Below the pieces are notes generated by a model, which did not search any database, was not told the DNA's origin, and was given only the letters and a program-made list of their open reading frames with translations. This document shows positions 39,938-50,029 of a stretch of 64,000 nucleotides of DNA, in pieces (the stretch's first letter is position 1; each line of letters starts with the position of its first letter). The stretch comes from Candidatus Poribacteria bacterium (lineage in GTDB: Bacteria > Poribacteria > WGA-4E > WGA-3G), in the NCBI GenBank assembly GCA_965214095.1, contig OZ243938.1, forward strand, positions 576,001-640,000, read 5' to 3'. Position numbers and translations under genes: made by a program.

Positions 39938-41899
39938 TTAATCTCCTGTACTTGCAGGTGCATGTTCAGGTTGTGCCTGTGGTATCCAATCAGATTCTTC
40001 ACCGGGTACGCTGTATTCATAAGGACCACGATAGACAGTTGGGATCTGTACAAAGTTGCCGTGTGGAACTGGTGTCGGTGCTTCCCATTCCAATGTCGTA
40101 ACATGCCATGGATTCTTTTCAGCGACTTTACCTTTATAGATACTCCAGAAAAAGTTGAAAGCCAATATCAGTTGAACAGCGCCAAGTGTGAAAGCACTCA
40201 TCGTGATGAATATATTCATACCTTCAAATCCGCGTAGATGTTCAGTTAACATTGGATTATCAATACGCCGTCTGTGTAAGCCTACGCCGAGAATGTGCAT
40301 TGGGAAGAAGGTGCAATTAAATGCTATAAAGGTCAACCAAAAGTGAATTTTGCACAACGTGTCATTCATATAACGTCCATACATTTTGGGGAACCAGAAG
40401 ATAATTCCACCGAAGATTGCAAACAGACTACCACCAAATACTACATAATGAATATGTGCCACAATAAAGTATGTATCGTGTATAGCAATATCAACGGGTG
40501 TGTTTGCCATATAAATCCCACTAAGTCCACCAATTACAAACATAGATACGAATGCAATCGCATGGAGCATCGGTGTTGTAAATCGTATTGATCCACGGAA
40601 CATAGTACCAAGCCAATTAAATGTTTTTATAGCAGACGGCACAGCAATCAACATTGTAGTCGTCATGAAGAATGCACCCATTCCCGGACGCATTCCACTT
40701 TGGAACATGTGATGTCCCCAGACAATCCATCCCAAGAACGCAATTGCGATCATAGCATAGACCATTGAACGATATCCGAATACCGGTTTACGTGAAAAAA
40801 CAGGAATTAATTCAGAAGCAATACCCATTCCCGGTAATATAAGGACATAGACTTCGGGGTGTCCAAAGAACCAGAACAAGTGCTGCCATAGTAACGGGTC
40901 GCCACCACCTTCAGGTGTTGCCGAGAAGAATGTTGTTCCAGCGAGTCGATCAAAAATGAGAAGTGCTAAAGCAGAGGATAGGACTGGGAAAGCGAGAAGT
41001 AGGAGGATAGCAACGATGAAAAGTGCCCAGATAACGAGCGGAAGTCTGAAGAAAGTCATTCCTGGCGCACGCATGTTGATGATGGTTGTAATATAGTTAA
41101 TTGAACCAACAAGTGATGAAAAACCTTGTATTAATAGACTAATCGCCCATAAGTTCATTCCCCAACCCACACCTGTCCAAGCAGGATCAACCGATAACGG
41201 CGCGTATCCTGTCCATCCAGCAGAAGCATGACCTCCCGGCACGAAAAATCCGGAGACCATTACAACAGCTGCAAGAACTGCTAGCCAGAAAGAGAGCATG
41301 TTAAGAACTGGGAATGCCATGTCCCGCGTACCGATCATGAGTGGAATCAGGAAATTACCGAATGCCCCCACTAAAATTGGTACAACTACGAAAAACACCA
41401 TGACAGTCGCATGCATGGTGAATAGCATGTTATAGAATTCACCAGTCATGACCCCGCCCGGAATATATTGTTCAACCCATTCAGTTTCTTCGGATTCAAA
41501 GATACTCAACCACCAATTATCTGCCCAGGTCTTTGGTTCACCTGTTTCCTGAAATTCATCAGATACACCGATAATTGGGAACGGTTTCGCACCACGTCCT
41601 GGTTGTCCTTCAAGTTCCGGTATTTCAGGATATGCCAGTTGCCACCTAAATAGCATCGCAAGACCACCACCAAGAAATAGCATTATTAACCCGTAAACCA
41701 GGAACTGTTTGCCAATCATCTTGTGGTCAAGTGAAAAGATATATTTTCTTAGAAAACCTTCTTCATGATGATGTGCATGTGCATCGTCGTGGTCACCATT
41801 ATGCTCAGGTGCGTGTTCAACTGCATCATGATCTTCATGTGCAGCATCATGACCTTCATCATTGTCGTGTTCATGTGATTTATTATCGTTTTCCTGCAT
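39938..41899 (-). CDS. ctaD: Cytochrome c oxidase subunit I, A1 type, His-rich N-terminus
   Basis: SLDHKMIG, TMHAT, FGHPEVY, WGHHMF, VAHIHYV. Confidence 0.95.
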   Translation of the reverse strand: MQENDNKSHEHDNDEGHDAAHEDHDAVEHAPEHNGDHDDAHAHHHEEGFLRKYIFSLDHKMIGKQFLVYGLIMLFLGGGLAMLFRWQLAYPEIPELEGQPGRGAKPFPIIGVSDEFQETGEPKTWADNWWLSIFESEETEWVEQYIPGGVMTGEFYNMLFTMHATVMVFFVVVPILVGAFGNFLIPLMIGTRDMAFPVLNMLSFWLAVLAAVVMVSGFFVPGGHASAGWTGYAPLSVDPAWTGVGWGMNLWAISLLIQGFSSLVGSINYITTIINMRAPGMTFFRLPLVIWALFIVAILLLLAFPVLSSALALLIFDRLAGTTFFSATPEGGGDPLLWQHLFWFFGHPEVYVLILPGMGIASELIPVFSRKPVFGYRSMVYAMIAIAFLGWIVWGHHMFQSGMRPGMGAFFMTTTMLIAVPSAIKTFNWLGTMFRGSIRFTTPMLHAIAFVSMFVIGGLSGIYMANTPVDIAIHDTYFIVAHIHYVVFGGSLFAIFGGIIFWFPKMYGRYMNDTLCKIHFWLTFIAFNCTFFPMHILGVGLHRRRIDNPMLTEHLRGFEGMNIFITMSAFTLGAVQLILAFNFFWSIYKGKVAEKNPWHVTTLEWEAPTPVPHGNFVQIPTVYRGPYEYSVPGEESDWIPQAQPEHAPASTGD

Positions 41900-41974
41900 T
41901 GTTTTATTTGCTCCTTTTGAGATCGTAAACGAGGTGTGTAAGTCGTTGAATAAGGATATATATCTATTCTAAGC

Positions 41975-42883
41975 TTAGTTGGCCATCGCTTCTGCTACCC
42001 ATGCATCGTAACTCTCTTGTGTATGTACATATAGTTGACCAACCATTCCACCGTGACCAAACCCACATAGTTCTGCACACGGCATTTCAAAACGCCAGAC
42101 CGTTACATCAAGTTGATTTACATCTGATTTGTTGTATGTACTCAGTTCCCCATCAATACTAAGAGTCAATGTATCATCAGTTTCAACGACAATATTACCG
42201 GTTACTGCGGGTGTATTTACATCAGAAAATGTAAGTGTACCAGTATAACATCCTTTCCACCTGACGTTTTCAAGCTCAGTTATTGGACTCACATCTAACT
42301 CTTTGGTATCAAACCATACATCAATAAATCTGTTGGGTAGTGCGTCTTGTTTTAAACGTAATTGCGGAACGAAAAAACTATGAATAACATCTTCAGATAT
42401 TAATCTGACATGAACAACCTTGTGAACAGGCACATGCAATTCATCAAGATACTTGAGATCATCACCAGGATCATCAACAGTACCTAATTCGCCGTCACGA
42501 CCAACTTCTGTGTTGAATTCATTGTCAGGACCGGGATAGATCACTTTCCAATTAAACTGTTTCGCTCTAACTTGAACCACAATATCCGGATTTGTTGGAA
42601 ACTCTGAAGGAGATTTTATATTGTTCCATTGTGGAAAACTCAACATCGCCAACCCGAATACAATCACGGTAGTCGCCGTTGTCCAGATAATTTCAAGCTT
42701 CGTACTTCCTTCTATATACTCAGCACGGACTCCTTCACGATGGCGATATTTAATAAGAAATACTATGAGTGTTGCCATTACAAGTACAAATACAACAAAC
42801 GTAATCCAATATATAAGCGTAAACAGATTGTCAACGCCTACTCCGAACGATGATATATTTACTGGGAGCCATCGTAACATCAA
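41975..42883 (-). CDS. ctaC: Cytochrome c oxidase subunit II (CuA) with ~70-aa insertion
   Basis: LEIIWT, KQFNW, DVIHSFF, CAELCGFGHGGM. Confidence 0.92.
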   Translation of the reverse strand: MMLRWLPVNISSFGVGVDNLFTLIYWITFVVFVLVMATLIVFLIKYRHREGVRAEYIEGSTKLEIIWTTATTVIVFGLAMLSFPQWNNIKSPSEFPTNPDIVVQVRAKQFNWKVIYPGPDNEFNTEVGRDGELGTVDDPGDDLKYLDELHVPVHKVVHVRLISEDVIHSFFVPQLRLKQDALPNRFIDVWFDTKELDVSPITELENVRWKGCYTGTLTFSDVNTPAVTGNIVVETDDTLTLSIDGELSTYNKSDVNQLDVTVWRFEMPCAELCGFGHGGMVGQLYVHTQESYDAWVAEAMAN

Positions 42884-42961
42884 ATTCTCCTTAACATAAA
42901 GTTGTGCACAATATGGTGGGATACACCAATAAACAGAAAATGCACATTAAATTCTAATGAT

Positions 42962-43744
42962 TCAGTTCGTTTGGGAGTACGCTGTAAACGTTGCCCCCAA
43001 GTAAGTCAATACACAAAACACGCTTGTTATCAGTATAGAGAAAGTCCATTGAGGTATTTCTATACCTGTCGGTATAGTATTGAAATATAGACTGTGTCGA
43101 AATGCAGCGAGACCATAAGACAAAGGGTTAATTTTCATTATCCATCCTAACCAAACTGGAACGCCAGATATTGGAAAAAAAGCACCTGACAACAACCATA
43201 TTGGTATGAGAATTAGGTTCATGATAGCATGAAAGCCTTGTGTTGATTCCATTCTCCAGGCGATCATCAAACCAAGATTTGTCAATCCAAATGCGATAAG
43301 GAACATCACAACTAAAGTCAACAACAGTGAGGTAAAGCCAAATCTTATTCCTATGAATGGGGCGATGACCAACAATAGTATCCCTTGGATGAGTGCTAAA
43401 GTCGTTCCTCCTAATGCTTGACCGAGAACTATGCTCCATCTTGAAACAGGTGCGACGAGTATCCCTTGTAGAAACCCCTCTCTCCGTTCATTTACAACCG
43501 AGATTGTAGCAAATATAGCAGTAAATAGCAATACCAAAACAACAATACCCGGATAGAAATACTCAATATAACCTTGATTCTCAGGTGTTCCTGCAGGTTG
43601 AAATGATGCACTTAATCCACTTCCTATCAAGACCCAGAAAATCAAAGGTTGAGCAATGGCACTAAATAGTCTGCTCCGTTGGCGAATAAACCTTATTATT
43701 TCACGCCACCAAATAGTTGAAACAGGAAGCAGAACGCTCATCAT
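42962..43744 (-). CDS. ABC-2 type permease
   Basis: ERREGFL..ILVAPVSR, LSGAFFP, NPLSY. Confidence 0.9.
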   Translation of the reverse strand: MMSVLLPVSTIWWREIIRFIRQRSRLFSAIAQPLIFWVLIGSGLSASFQPAGTPENQGYIEYFYPGIVVLVLLFTAIFATISVVNERREGFLQGILVAPVSRWSIVLGQALGGTTLALIQGILLLVIAPFIGIRFGFTSLLLTLVVMFLIAFGLTNLGLMIAWRMESTQGFHAIMNLILIPIWLLSGAFFPISGVPVWLGWIMKINPLSYGLAAFRHSLYFNTIPTGIEIPQWTFSILITSVFCVLTYLGATFTAYSQTN

Positions 43745-43758
43745 TCAATTGTGCCTTA

Positions 43759-43860
43759 TATAGTGAATTATAAATATAAGTTGACACTTTCGACCCACGG
43801 TAGGCGAGGTTTCCTAACCTCGCCGATGCAGAGTGTTCAAGCAATTTCAAATCTACTATA
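43759..43860. mobile_element. IS630-type MITE with GTAG REP-like hairpin
   Basis: TATAGTGAATT...ACTATA; its end supplies the TAG stop of the ABC ATPase. Confidence 0.72.
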
Positions 43861-44773
43861 CAAATGGGTTTCCTGTAAACTTGATGAAAACATCCTCTAA
43901 TGTTGGCTTACCAATCTGCACGTTTCCTATCTCTTTAGGGAATGCAGTAACGACTTCTTTCACAAACTCATGTCCCTGCTCACATACAATATACAATCTG
44001 TTGTTAATTGTTGTTGATGTAATACCAAATCTTTCAGAAATTGCCTGATTGAGAATGTCTGGGTCTGTAGTTTCTATTCTAACCACATCACCCACAATTT
44101 GGGATTTGAGTATCTCAGCCGTTCCAAGTGTAACCAATTTTCCTTTGTCTAATATACCAATTCGGTCACACGACTCAGCTTCATCTAATATATGTGATGT
44201 CAATAGAATGAGTATATTTTCAGATTTTGCAAGTAGATTTAGGTATTCACTCAGTTGTCTTCTAATGCCAACATCTAAACCGCTACTTGGTTCATCAAGG
44301 AGCAAAACCCTTGGTGAATGTAACAACGCTTTAGCAATTTCAACCCGTCTTTGTAATCCTCCAGATAACTCTTCTACAAGGTCATTTTCTCTATCAATTA
44401 TATCTAACTTTTCAAGAAGTTCTGATATCCTATTATTTAGGTTCTTTCCTTGGCATCCGTAGAGATGACCTTGATGTCTTAGATTTTCCTTAACTTTGAG
44501 CTTTCCATCAAGTCCTGGATGTTGAAAAACAACCCCCAATAACTTCCGTATTGCTTTTACATCCATCCTCAGATCATATCCAAGAATGTTTACATTTCCC
44601 GATATATGAGAGAGTAACGTTGAAAGTATCTTAAAAAGGGTTGTTTTTCCACTTCCGTTTGGACCGAGAAAACATAAAATCTCACCACATGATACGGTAA
44701 AACTCACATCGTCTAATGCACATCTTGAACCGTATGAATGTGAAAGGTTTTCAACCGTAATTCTATTTTCCAC
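43856..44773 (-). CDS. ABC transporter ATP-binding protein
   Basis: GPNGSGKTT, LSGG, LLDEPSSG, PTLEDVF. Confidence 0.93.
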   Translation of the reverse strand: MENRITVENLSHSYGSRCALDDVSFTVSCGEILCFLGPNGSGKTTLFKILSTLLSHISGNVNILGYDLRMDVKAIRKLLGVVFQHPGLDGKLKVKENLRHQGHLYGCQGKNLNNRISELLEKLDIIDRENDLVEELSGGLQRRVEIAKALLHSPRVLLLDEPSSGLDVGIRRQLSEYLNLLAKSENILILLTSHILDEAESCDRIGILDKGKLVTLGTAEILKSQIVGDVVRIETTDPDILNQAISERFGITSTTINNRLYIVCEQGHEFVKEVVTAFPKEIGNVQIGKPTLEDVFIKFTGNPFV

Positions 44774-44798
44774 ACTATACTATTGGAGTGTCCATTCT

Positions 44799-44890
44799 TA
44801 TACCATTTCTGAAAAATAACTTCTCATTAAGAAAGGAACCGTTCGTAGTCGCGCAATTCATTGCGCCTCTTACATTTAGAAATGGTATTA
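44799..44890. mobile_element. MITE (TACCATTTCT/AGAAATGGTA ends) with REP-like hairpin
   Basis: 10-bp perfect TIR core; GTAGTCGCGCAATTCATTGCGC inside. Confidence 0.65.
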
Positions 44891-44893
44891 CAT

Positions 44894-44977
44894 TGTAGGT
44901 CGGGTAGAGGCACGAAACCCGACTTTATTGATGATAAATGGATGCATGTCGGGTTTCGTGCCTCTACCCGACCTACA
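44894..44977. repeat. REPIN-like inverted REP doublet
   Basis: Perfect 30-bp inverted repeat TGTAGGTCGGGTAGAGGCACGAAACCCGAC with a 24-bp spacer. Confidence 0.75.
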
Positions 44978-44997
44978 AGATTAGTGTAGACAGAACA

Positions 44998-45798
44998 CTA
45001 TTCTGCAAGTTTCAGTGTAAAATCTTGCTTTACCTCTCCACCAGCGGTGACAGTGACAGTTTGCGGTTCTTTGTTATTTGTACCGCATGCTTCATGCCAA
45101 TAACCCAATTTATATGTTCCCGGTGGTACATTTTCAAGTGTGAATTCACCCTTTTCATTAGTCACGGCAAAATATGGGTGTGGCACATAGGCTATATATG
45201 CTTTCATCCAACTATGAATGTCACACTTAACTTCAACTGGACCACCTGCTTCAGCGATTCCCTTGATCCTTAACCTCTTGAGCATCCTGTTCTGCTGTTT
45301 GTTAATGTCCTGTCCCATATCATTGTCATTGAGCATAATATGTACATTATGGGTAACCGGTGCATTGTTTAGCATTGTTAGACGTACCCCAACAGGGACT
45401 ATTTGGACGTGCGGGGTGAATTTACAATTTTCTTGATCGATTTCAGGTTTTTTTGCTGCAGCGTCAAAATCTTTCCCTTTGGTGATATCCATTAGATAGA
45501 CAATCGTATTTTTCAGTTCCATGGCTTCGCCTACAACAACAGATTCATCATACTTATCGGTTTTACCACAAACTGCGACATCTTTGTTAATCGGCAGTTT
45601 CTTCATTTTAGGTGTTTCGCCATCAAACTTGACGACACCAATGATTTTACCGCCGTCATTTACCTTCATGGATGTATACGCTTCTGGAAAAACAAGTTTA
45701 TTATTTTCTTCTTCTTCTTCATGGTTGTCTGCAAATACAATCAGACCAAAACAGCACGCAAGAAGTACCATAAAAGACGCGAACACTTTAGTTTTCAT
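44998..45798 (-). CDS. Periplasmic cupredoxin-like/carboxypeptidase-regulatory-domain protein (paralog 2)
   Basis: Signal peptide; DQENCKFTPHV, THNVH, KCDIHSWM (H/C/H/M type-1 Cu set), GEFTLENVPPGTY..WHE. Confidence 0.78.
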   Translation of the reverse strand: MKTKVFASFMVLLACCFGLIVFADNHEEEEENNKLVFPEAYTSMKVNDGGKIIGVVKFDGETPKMKKLPINKDVAVCGKTDKYDESVVVGEAMELKNTIVYLMDITKGKDFDAAAKKPEIDQENCKFTPHVQIVPVGVRLTMLNNAPVTHNVHIMLNDNDMGQDINKQQNRMLKRLRIKGIAEAGGPVEVKCDIHSWMKAYIAYVPHPYFAVTNEKGEFTLENVPPGTYKLGYWHEACGTNNKEPQTVTVTAGGEVKQDFTLKLAE

Positions 45799-45933
45799 TT
45801 TATTCTCCTTTTTCAACGCACAATGATTTATCCATCGCTCAAATACATGCGATTCTCAACAACCAAAGTAGCGTATCGTTTAATAAATTATAGGATGAGG
45901 AACATTGTCGTTCCTACACACCATTCCATAAAA

Positions 45934-47664
45934 TTAAGTATTTCTTCTCAGTACAAACTGTCGCAAACCGACTAACAAACCTAACGAGAGTAATGCGACT
46001 AAAGGTGGGTATATAAACCTTCTTGAAGAAGGTACTGGCTCCAGAACAAAGGTATACCAACTTGAAATGACACGTTTTGTGTCTACATCGCCATTAGCAC
46101 CATCCCATGCTGAGAATGCAATCGGTACAAATACAGCAGGTTCAATCTGCAAATCCTTTTTATCTTCAGTTTTTAATGCGCGTTTAACCCATAGTCTGTA
46201 TTGTCCCTCTTTGTATTCACTCTCTGCTTGAACATTCCCTTGATCTTCTTGTAACTCTGCATTGGACATGCCCTTTGCAGTAAGTTCCTTGAGTGTTTCT
46301 GGTTCTGAAGCCATCCACTGCCACAGATAGACAGGTTTTCTGCCACCCCATAGAAAATAGGGTTTTTCATCTGTTGGCCCCTTGGGCACTTTAACCGGAA
46401 ACTGAATTGCCAAACCATCTATAAAGGATTGACCAAAATCTTCAGTTTCTTCCACAGAAGTATTGTTCGTTCTGTCGTCCCAAGTGAATAAGAACGCTAC
46501 TTCAGTATCGTTGTAGAATGACTTGACATTCACGGAGTCTATTGTTGGATTAAACTGTCTCGGTTCAACTATGACTTGTCCAACAAGTGGGTAATAACTT
46601 GATTCAAGTGTATCCCATTCAGCATCGTCAAATGTTGGTAAATCTCCTTCTTTATACTGCGATCTCAAGACATTGTTTCCTATGGCAGATTCAGGTCGTT
46701 TTTCTGGTGAAAGAGATTTGACATAGTTTGCAAGATGCCAACTCTTTTCATAAACAACCTTCATTGCATCATCATAGATTTTTTGTGCTTCTGGGGTAAG
46801 TTCAGTTCCTTCCGCACGATCAAGCGCAGCAATAACAGTTGTATCCCATTTTTCAAAAAGCAGATCAAATTCCGCTTGTTCTTCTTCAGATAACTCCTGG
46901 CCATCATCAACCTTTTTTTCTAACGGGGCAAATCGTTTAGATTCTTCTGGTGTCAAACCGAAGTGATAGAAAGTGTCACCTTCAAATGCAGGCATAGGTG
47001 AACCAGCAATTCCACCTATAAATCGCCTAAAAATATCTTCCGTGGTTGAGCCACCTCTGTAGTTCCATCCCTGAGCAAGATTAGCTGGCCATGTCCTGTA
47101 ATCCCAACCATCAACTAATGTTGGTGCGGAAGTTCCATCACCTCTGCCTACATTGCCGTGACATTCAATACAACCGAGTTCTGTATAAAGCTCTTTCCCA
47201 ATTTCTACACTCTCTTGTGAGTATTTTACTTTTCCAGTTAGATCAATTTGTCTTGGTGTCGTTTCACTATCTTCTAATTCTTGAAACCCACTATAAAAAG
47301 TTTTTATATACGCAACAAGTTCCCAACGGTCATTAGCACTGAGTGCGCTCTCCCACTCTGGCATGGATGAACCTGGCATTCCATTCGTAATTATATCAAA
47401 TAAGTCTTGATCTGTAGGTAATTCGCCACTTTCTGTAGATCTGATTTTATACACGCCACCCGTGAAGTCTCTTGGTCTCGGAAGCAGATTCTCGGCAGCA
47501 CTACCATCACCACGACCTTCAATACCGTGACAGTGCGCGCAGCTTTCCTCATATACCTCTTTCCCACGTTCAGAAACTTCTGGAACTTCTTGGGTATAAG
47601 AGATATAAGTAACTGCAAACAAACTAAATATAAGGATAAATAGGACAAAAAATGTTGTTCTCAT
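45934..47664 (-). CDS. Diheme cytochrome c fused to ethylbenzene dehydrogenase gamma-like domain, C-terminal TM
   Basis: CAHCH and CIECH; W.D...D.LAIQFP...AFSAWDG.NG....K..SSW. Confidence 0.8.
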   Translation of the reverse strand: MRTTFFVLFILIFSLFAVTYISYTQEVPEVSERGKEVYEESCAHCHGIEGRGDGSAAENLLPRPRDFTGGVYKIRSTESGELPTDQDLFDIITNGMPGSSMPEWESALSANDRWELVAYIKTFYSGFQELEDSETTPRQIDLTGKVKYSQESVEIGKELYTELGCIECHGNVGRGDGTSAPTLVDGWDYRTWPANLAQGWNYRGGSTTEDIFRRFIGGIAGSPMPAFEGDTFYHFGLTPEESKRFAPLEKKVDDGQELSEEEQAEFDLLFEKWDTTVIAALDRAEGTELTPEAQKIYDDAMKVVYEKSWHLANYVKSLSPEKRPESAIGNNVLRSQYKEGDLPTFDDAEWDTLESSYYPLVGQVIVEPRQFNPTIDSVNVKSFYNDTEVAFLFTWDDRTNNTSVEETEDFGQSFIDGLAIQFPVKVPKGPTDEKPYFLWGGRKPVYLWQWMASEPETLKELTAKGMSNAELQEDQGNVQAESEYKEGQYRLWVKRALKTEDKKDLQIEPAVFVPIAFSAWDGANGDVDTKRVISSWYTFVLEPVPSSRRFIYPPLVALLSLGLLVGLRQFVLRRNT

Positions 47665-47666
47665 GA

Positions 47667-48443
47667 TTAGTGTCCCTCACCAAATGTCCGATATGAATAA
47701 CCAGTATAATGAGACAAAAAGAGAATTACATCCCAGATCTCTTCTTCAGTTAACATTTCTTCCCATACAGGCATGGCGGAGTTCCAAGGGGTTCCAGCAT
47801 TAGGTAAACCTGGGCCACCTTTGCTTATCCTCCAAAAGAAAAAAGATTCTTGGAAATTTGGAATGATACCTGGGTCTTGAAAATTTGCTGGTAGAGGTTG
47901 AAACCCATGTGCAAGATGTCCTTGTCCATCAAGATGATCTCCATGACAGACGAAGCAGTTATCATAATATACACGTCGTCCATTTTCTACATGAGACTTA
48001 AATTCTTCAGGATCATCCTTTTCATAATGACGATATGGATTCTCTGCCTCCTGCATTGAACCGATGACTTTGTCCTTATACGTCAATTCAAGCGGAGGTG
48101 AAGGATGTGCATCCCGCGGGTCTCCTGGAGGATTAGCCTTTTGGGCAATATTTGTATACGTATACCCTAACATGAGAACTGGTATCAGAACTGCAAGAAC
48201 TATACGACGGCTACTGTGTCTCTCATCAACAAGTGTCTCGTGTATAGGTCTGATGAATTCTTCAAATCTTGTATCTTCTACGGAGACATGTACCAGAATA
48301 GCAATAAGGATCAACGCCATATACATAGCGATTACACTATTAGGAATTGGAACTGAGATAAGACCTCCTACGACGAATCGCAGAAATACCCAACAGGCAA
48401 TGAATATAACAAAACATATTGTGAAGAGTGAAATCCTTTTCAT
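47667..48443 (-). CDS. Membrane-anchored monoheme cytochrome c
   Basis: 3 TMs, CFVCH, FWRISKGGPGLP...SAMPVWE. Confidence 0.85.
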   Translation of the reverse strand: MKRISLFTICFVIFIACWVFLRFVVGGLISVPIPNSVIAMYMALILIAILVHVSVEDTRFEEFIRPIHETLVDERHSSRRIVLAVLIPVLMLGYTYTNIAQKANPPGDPRDAHPSPPLELTYKDKVIGSMQEAENPYRHYEKDDPEEFKSHVENGRRVYYDNCFVCHGDHLDGQGHLAHGFQPLPANFQDPGIIPNFQESFFFWRISKGGPGLPNAGTPWNSAMPVWEEMLTEEEIWDVILFLSHYTGYSYRTFGEGH

Positions 48444-48472
48444 TGCTTTTCTCCTCTTAAGTTCTTCCCAAT

Positions 48473-50014
48473 CTATTCTGGTGCTTCTCCAGATGAATCA
48501 GTGGTTTCAGATTGTTCAATATCGTCAGAGGCAGTTTCATCCGTAGTGGTTCCAGTCAAAGTACTCAAAAATGCAATTAAATCCGCTAACTGTGTCACAG
48601 TTAATGTATCGGGAAAGTTATCAGGCATTGGAGATTTTATAAGTAACTTTTTACCTGAACCGACTGCTAAGACATCTCCTGCTACATCAAAGGTATCAAA
48701 TATTTCTTCGCTTCCATCAACCATCAAAACGATTTCGTCATCTTCCATTGTACCGGACACATGTTCTCCAACAACCTCTCCCACATCAAAGATTGTAAGT
48801 GTCATCATCATTTTCAAATCAGTTTTTGAGAAGCTTCTTGTTTCTTCACCGATTTTCAGCGTAACCGTATCGGTAGTTTCCTCAACGATCTCTCCACTGA
48901 CAGGCGTATCGGAATCTTTAGGTGTAATTGTCAATGTGAAAAACCCATTGTCCTTAAGATTTACAATATCCTCTTCATCAACTGGTTCTTCATCAAATTC
49001 ACTAAATAATACGGTATGTTCTGTTTCTGTTCCATCGGCTGCTTTCGTCCTAATTACAACTTTTTCTTCATCTTGGGAAACTATAGTGCCTTCGTAGGTA
49101 GTACCATTCGCTTTGATTTTTGCTGTTCCATATCCGCTGACAATTTGTGCATGTGGTTTTAAAACAGATTCTTCAAGGTAACGCGCTTCATTGAAAGCAG
49201 CAATTTCAGTAAGTTCTGGTGCAGTGACAACTTCAAAGTCTTCACTTGCTTCACCCGCTTTTGGATTTTCAACACCTTCAACAACATGACAGGAAATACA
49301 TGCTTGATCTATAAAAACTTTTCTTCCTGCATCAGGGTTACCCGTAAGCAGTGGTGGTAAAGCAGCACCCGCTGTTTCAATATTTGCTCTATCAATAGGT
49401 TCATCAAACGGTTCCGGGTCAATTTCACCACCTTGACTCTGTAGAAAGGCGATAACCGCTGCAATCTCTAACTTAGTGAGTTCAATCGGTTTTTTCCATA
49501 CCTCTGGCATAATCTTACCATAACCAGGCACCAAATATTTTCCCGGATCATAGAGCGATTCAATTAGATAAGACTTCGCATCCATTCCTGCCACACGGTT
49601 AGCTGCATTGACACCAATATCTGTTAGGTCGGGACACCGTCCTGGCAGTGCAGAAGTATCCACTGTATGACATGTCTTACACTGTCCTTTTGTATTGAAA
49701 ATAGCAGCACCTATTTCTACCACTGCATCAGGATCAGACCAATCCAGTTCCGTTACAGGACCTGTTGCTGTTGAGGTATCTGGGACAAGTGCGGCAACAA
49801 ATGCGTAAAACCAAATCACCCCTAATGAAAATGTTACCAATTTCATCACAGGAAACCACAATACCATGTTCAACAAGACTGAAACTGTGAACCAGACTGA
49901 CCATGGCAATAGGTTTTCTGATGCAATTGGAAAAGCAGGTGCCTTTGCAATAAATGCAATGAAACTCACAACCATTAGGAGCAGACATCCTGTCCTGATA
50001 AGCGTTTTTTTCAT
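48473..50014 (-). CDS. Membrane-anchored diheme cytochrome c with repeated beta inserts
   Basis: CKTCH and CISCH; YLEESV.KP.A.IVSGY...SPMP...ADLIAFL domain interrupted by three beta-rich repeats. Confidence 0.82.
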   Translation of the reverse strand: MKKTLIRTGCLLLMVVSFIAFIAKAPAFPIASENLLPWSVWFTVSVLLNMVLWFPVMKLVTFSLGVIWFYAFVAALVPDTSTATGPVTELDWSDPDAVVEIGAAIFNTKGQCKTCHTVDTSALPGRCPDLTDIGVNAANRVAGMDAKSYLIESLYDPGKYLVPGYGKIMPEVWKKPIELTKLEIAAVIAFLQSQGGEIDPEPFDEPIDRANIETAGAALPPLLTGNPDAGRKVFIDQACISCHVVEGVENPKAGEASEDFEVVTAPELTEIAAFNEARYLEESVLKPHAQIVSGYGTAKIKANGTTYEGTIVSQDEEKVVIRTKAADGTETEHTVLFSEFDEEPVDEEDIVNLKDNGFFTLTITPKDSDTPVSGEIVEETTDTVTLKIGEETRSFSKTDLKMMMTLTIFDVGEVVGEHVSGTMEDDEIVLMVDGSEEIFDTFDVAGDVLAVGSGKKLLIKSPMPDNFPDTLTVTQLADLIAFLSTLTGTTTDETASDDIEQSETTDSSGEAPE

Positions 50015-50029
50015 GGTTCTAATCTCCTA

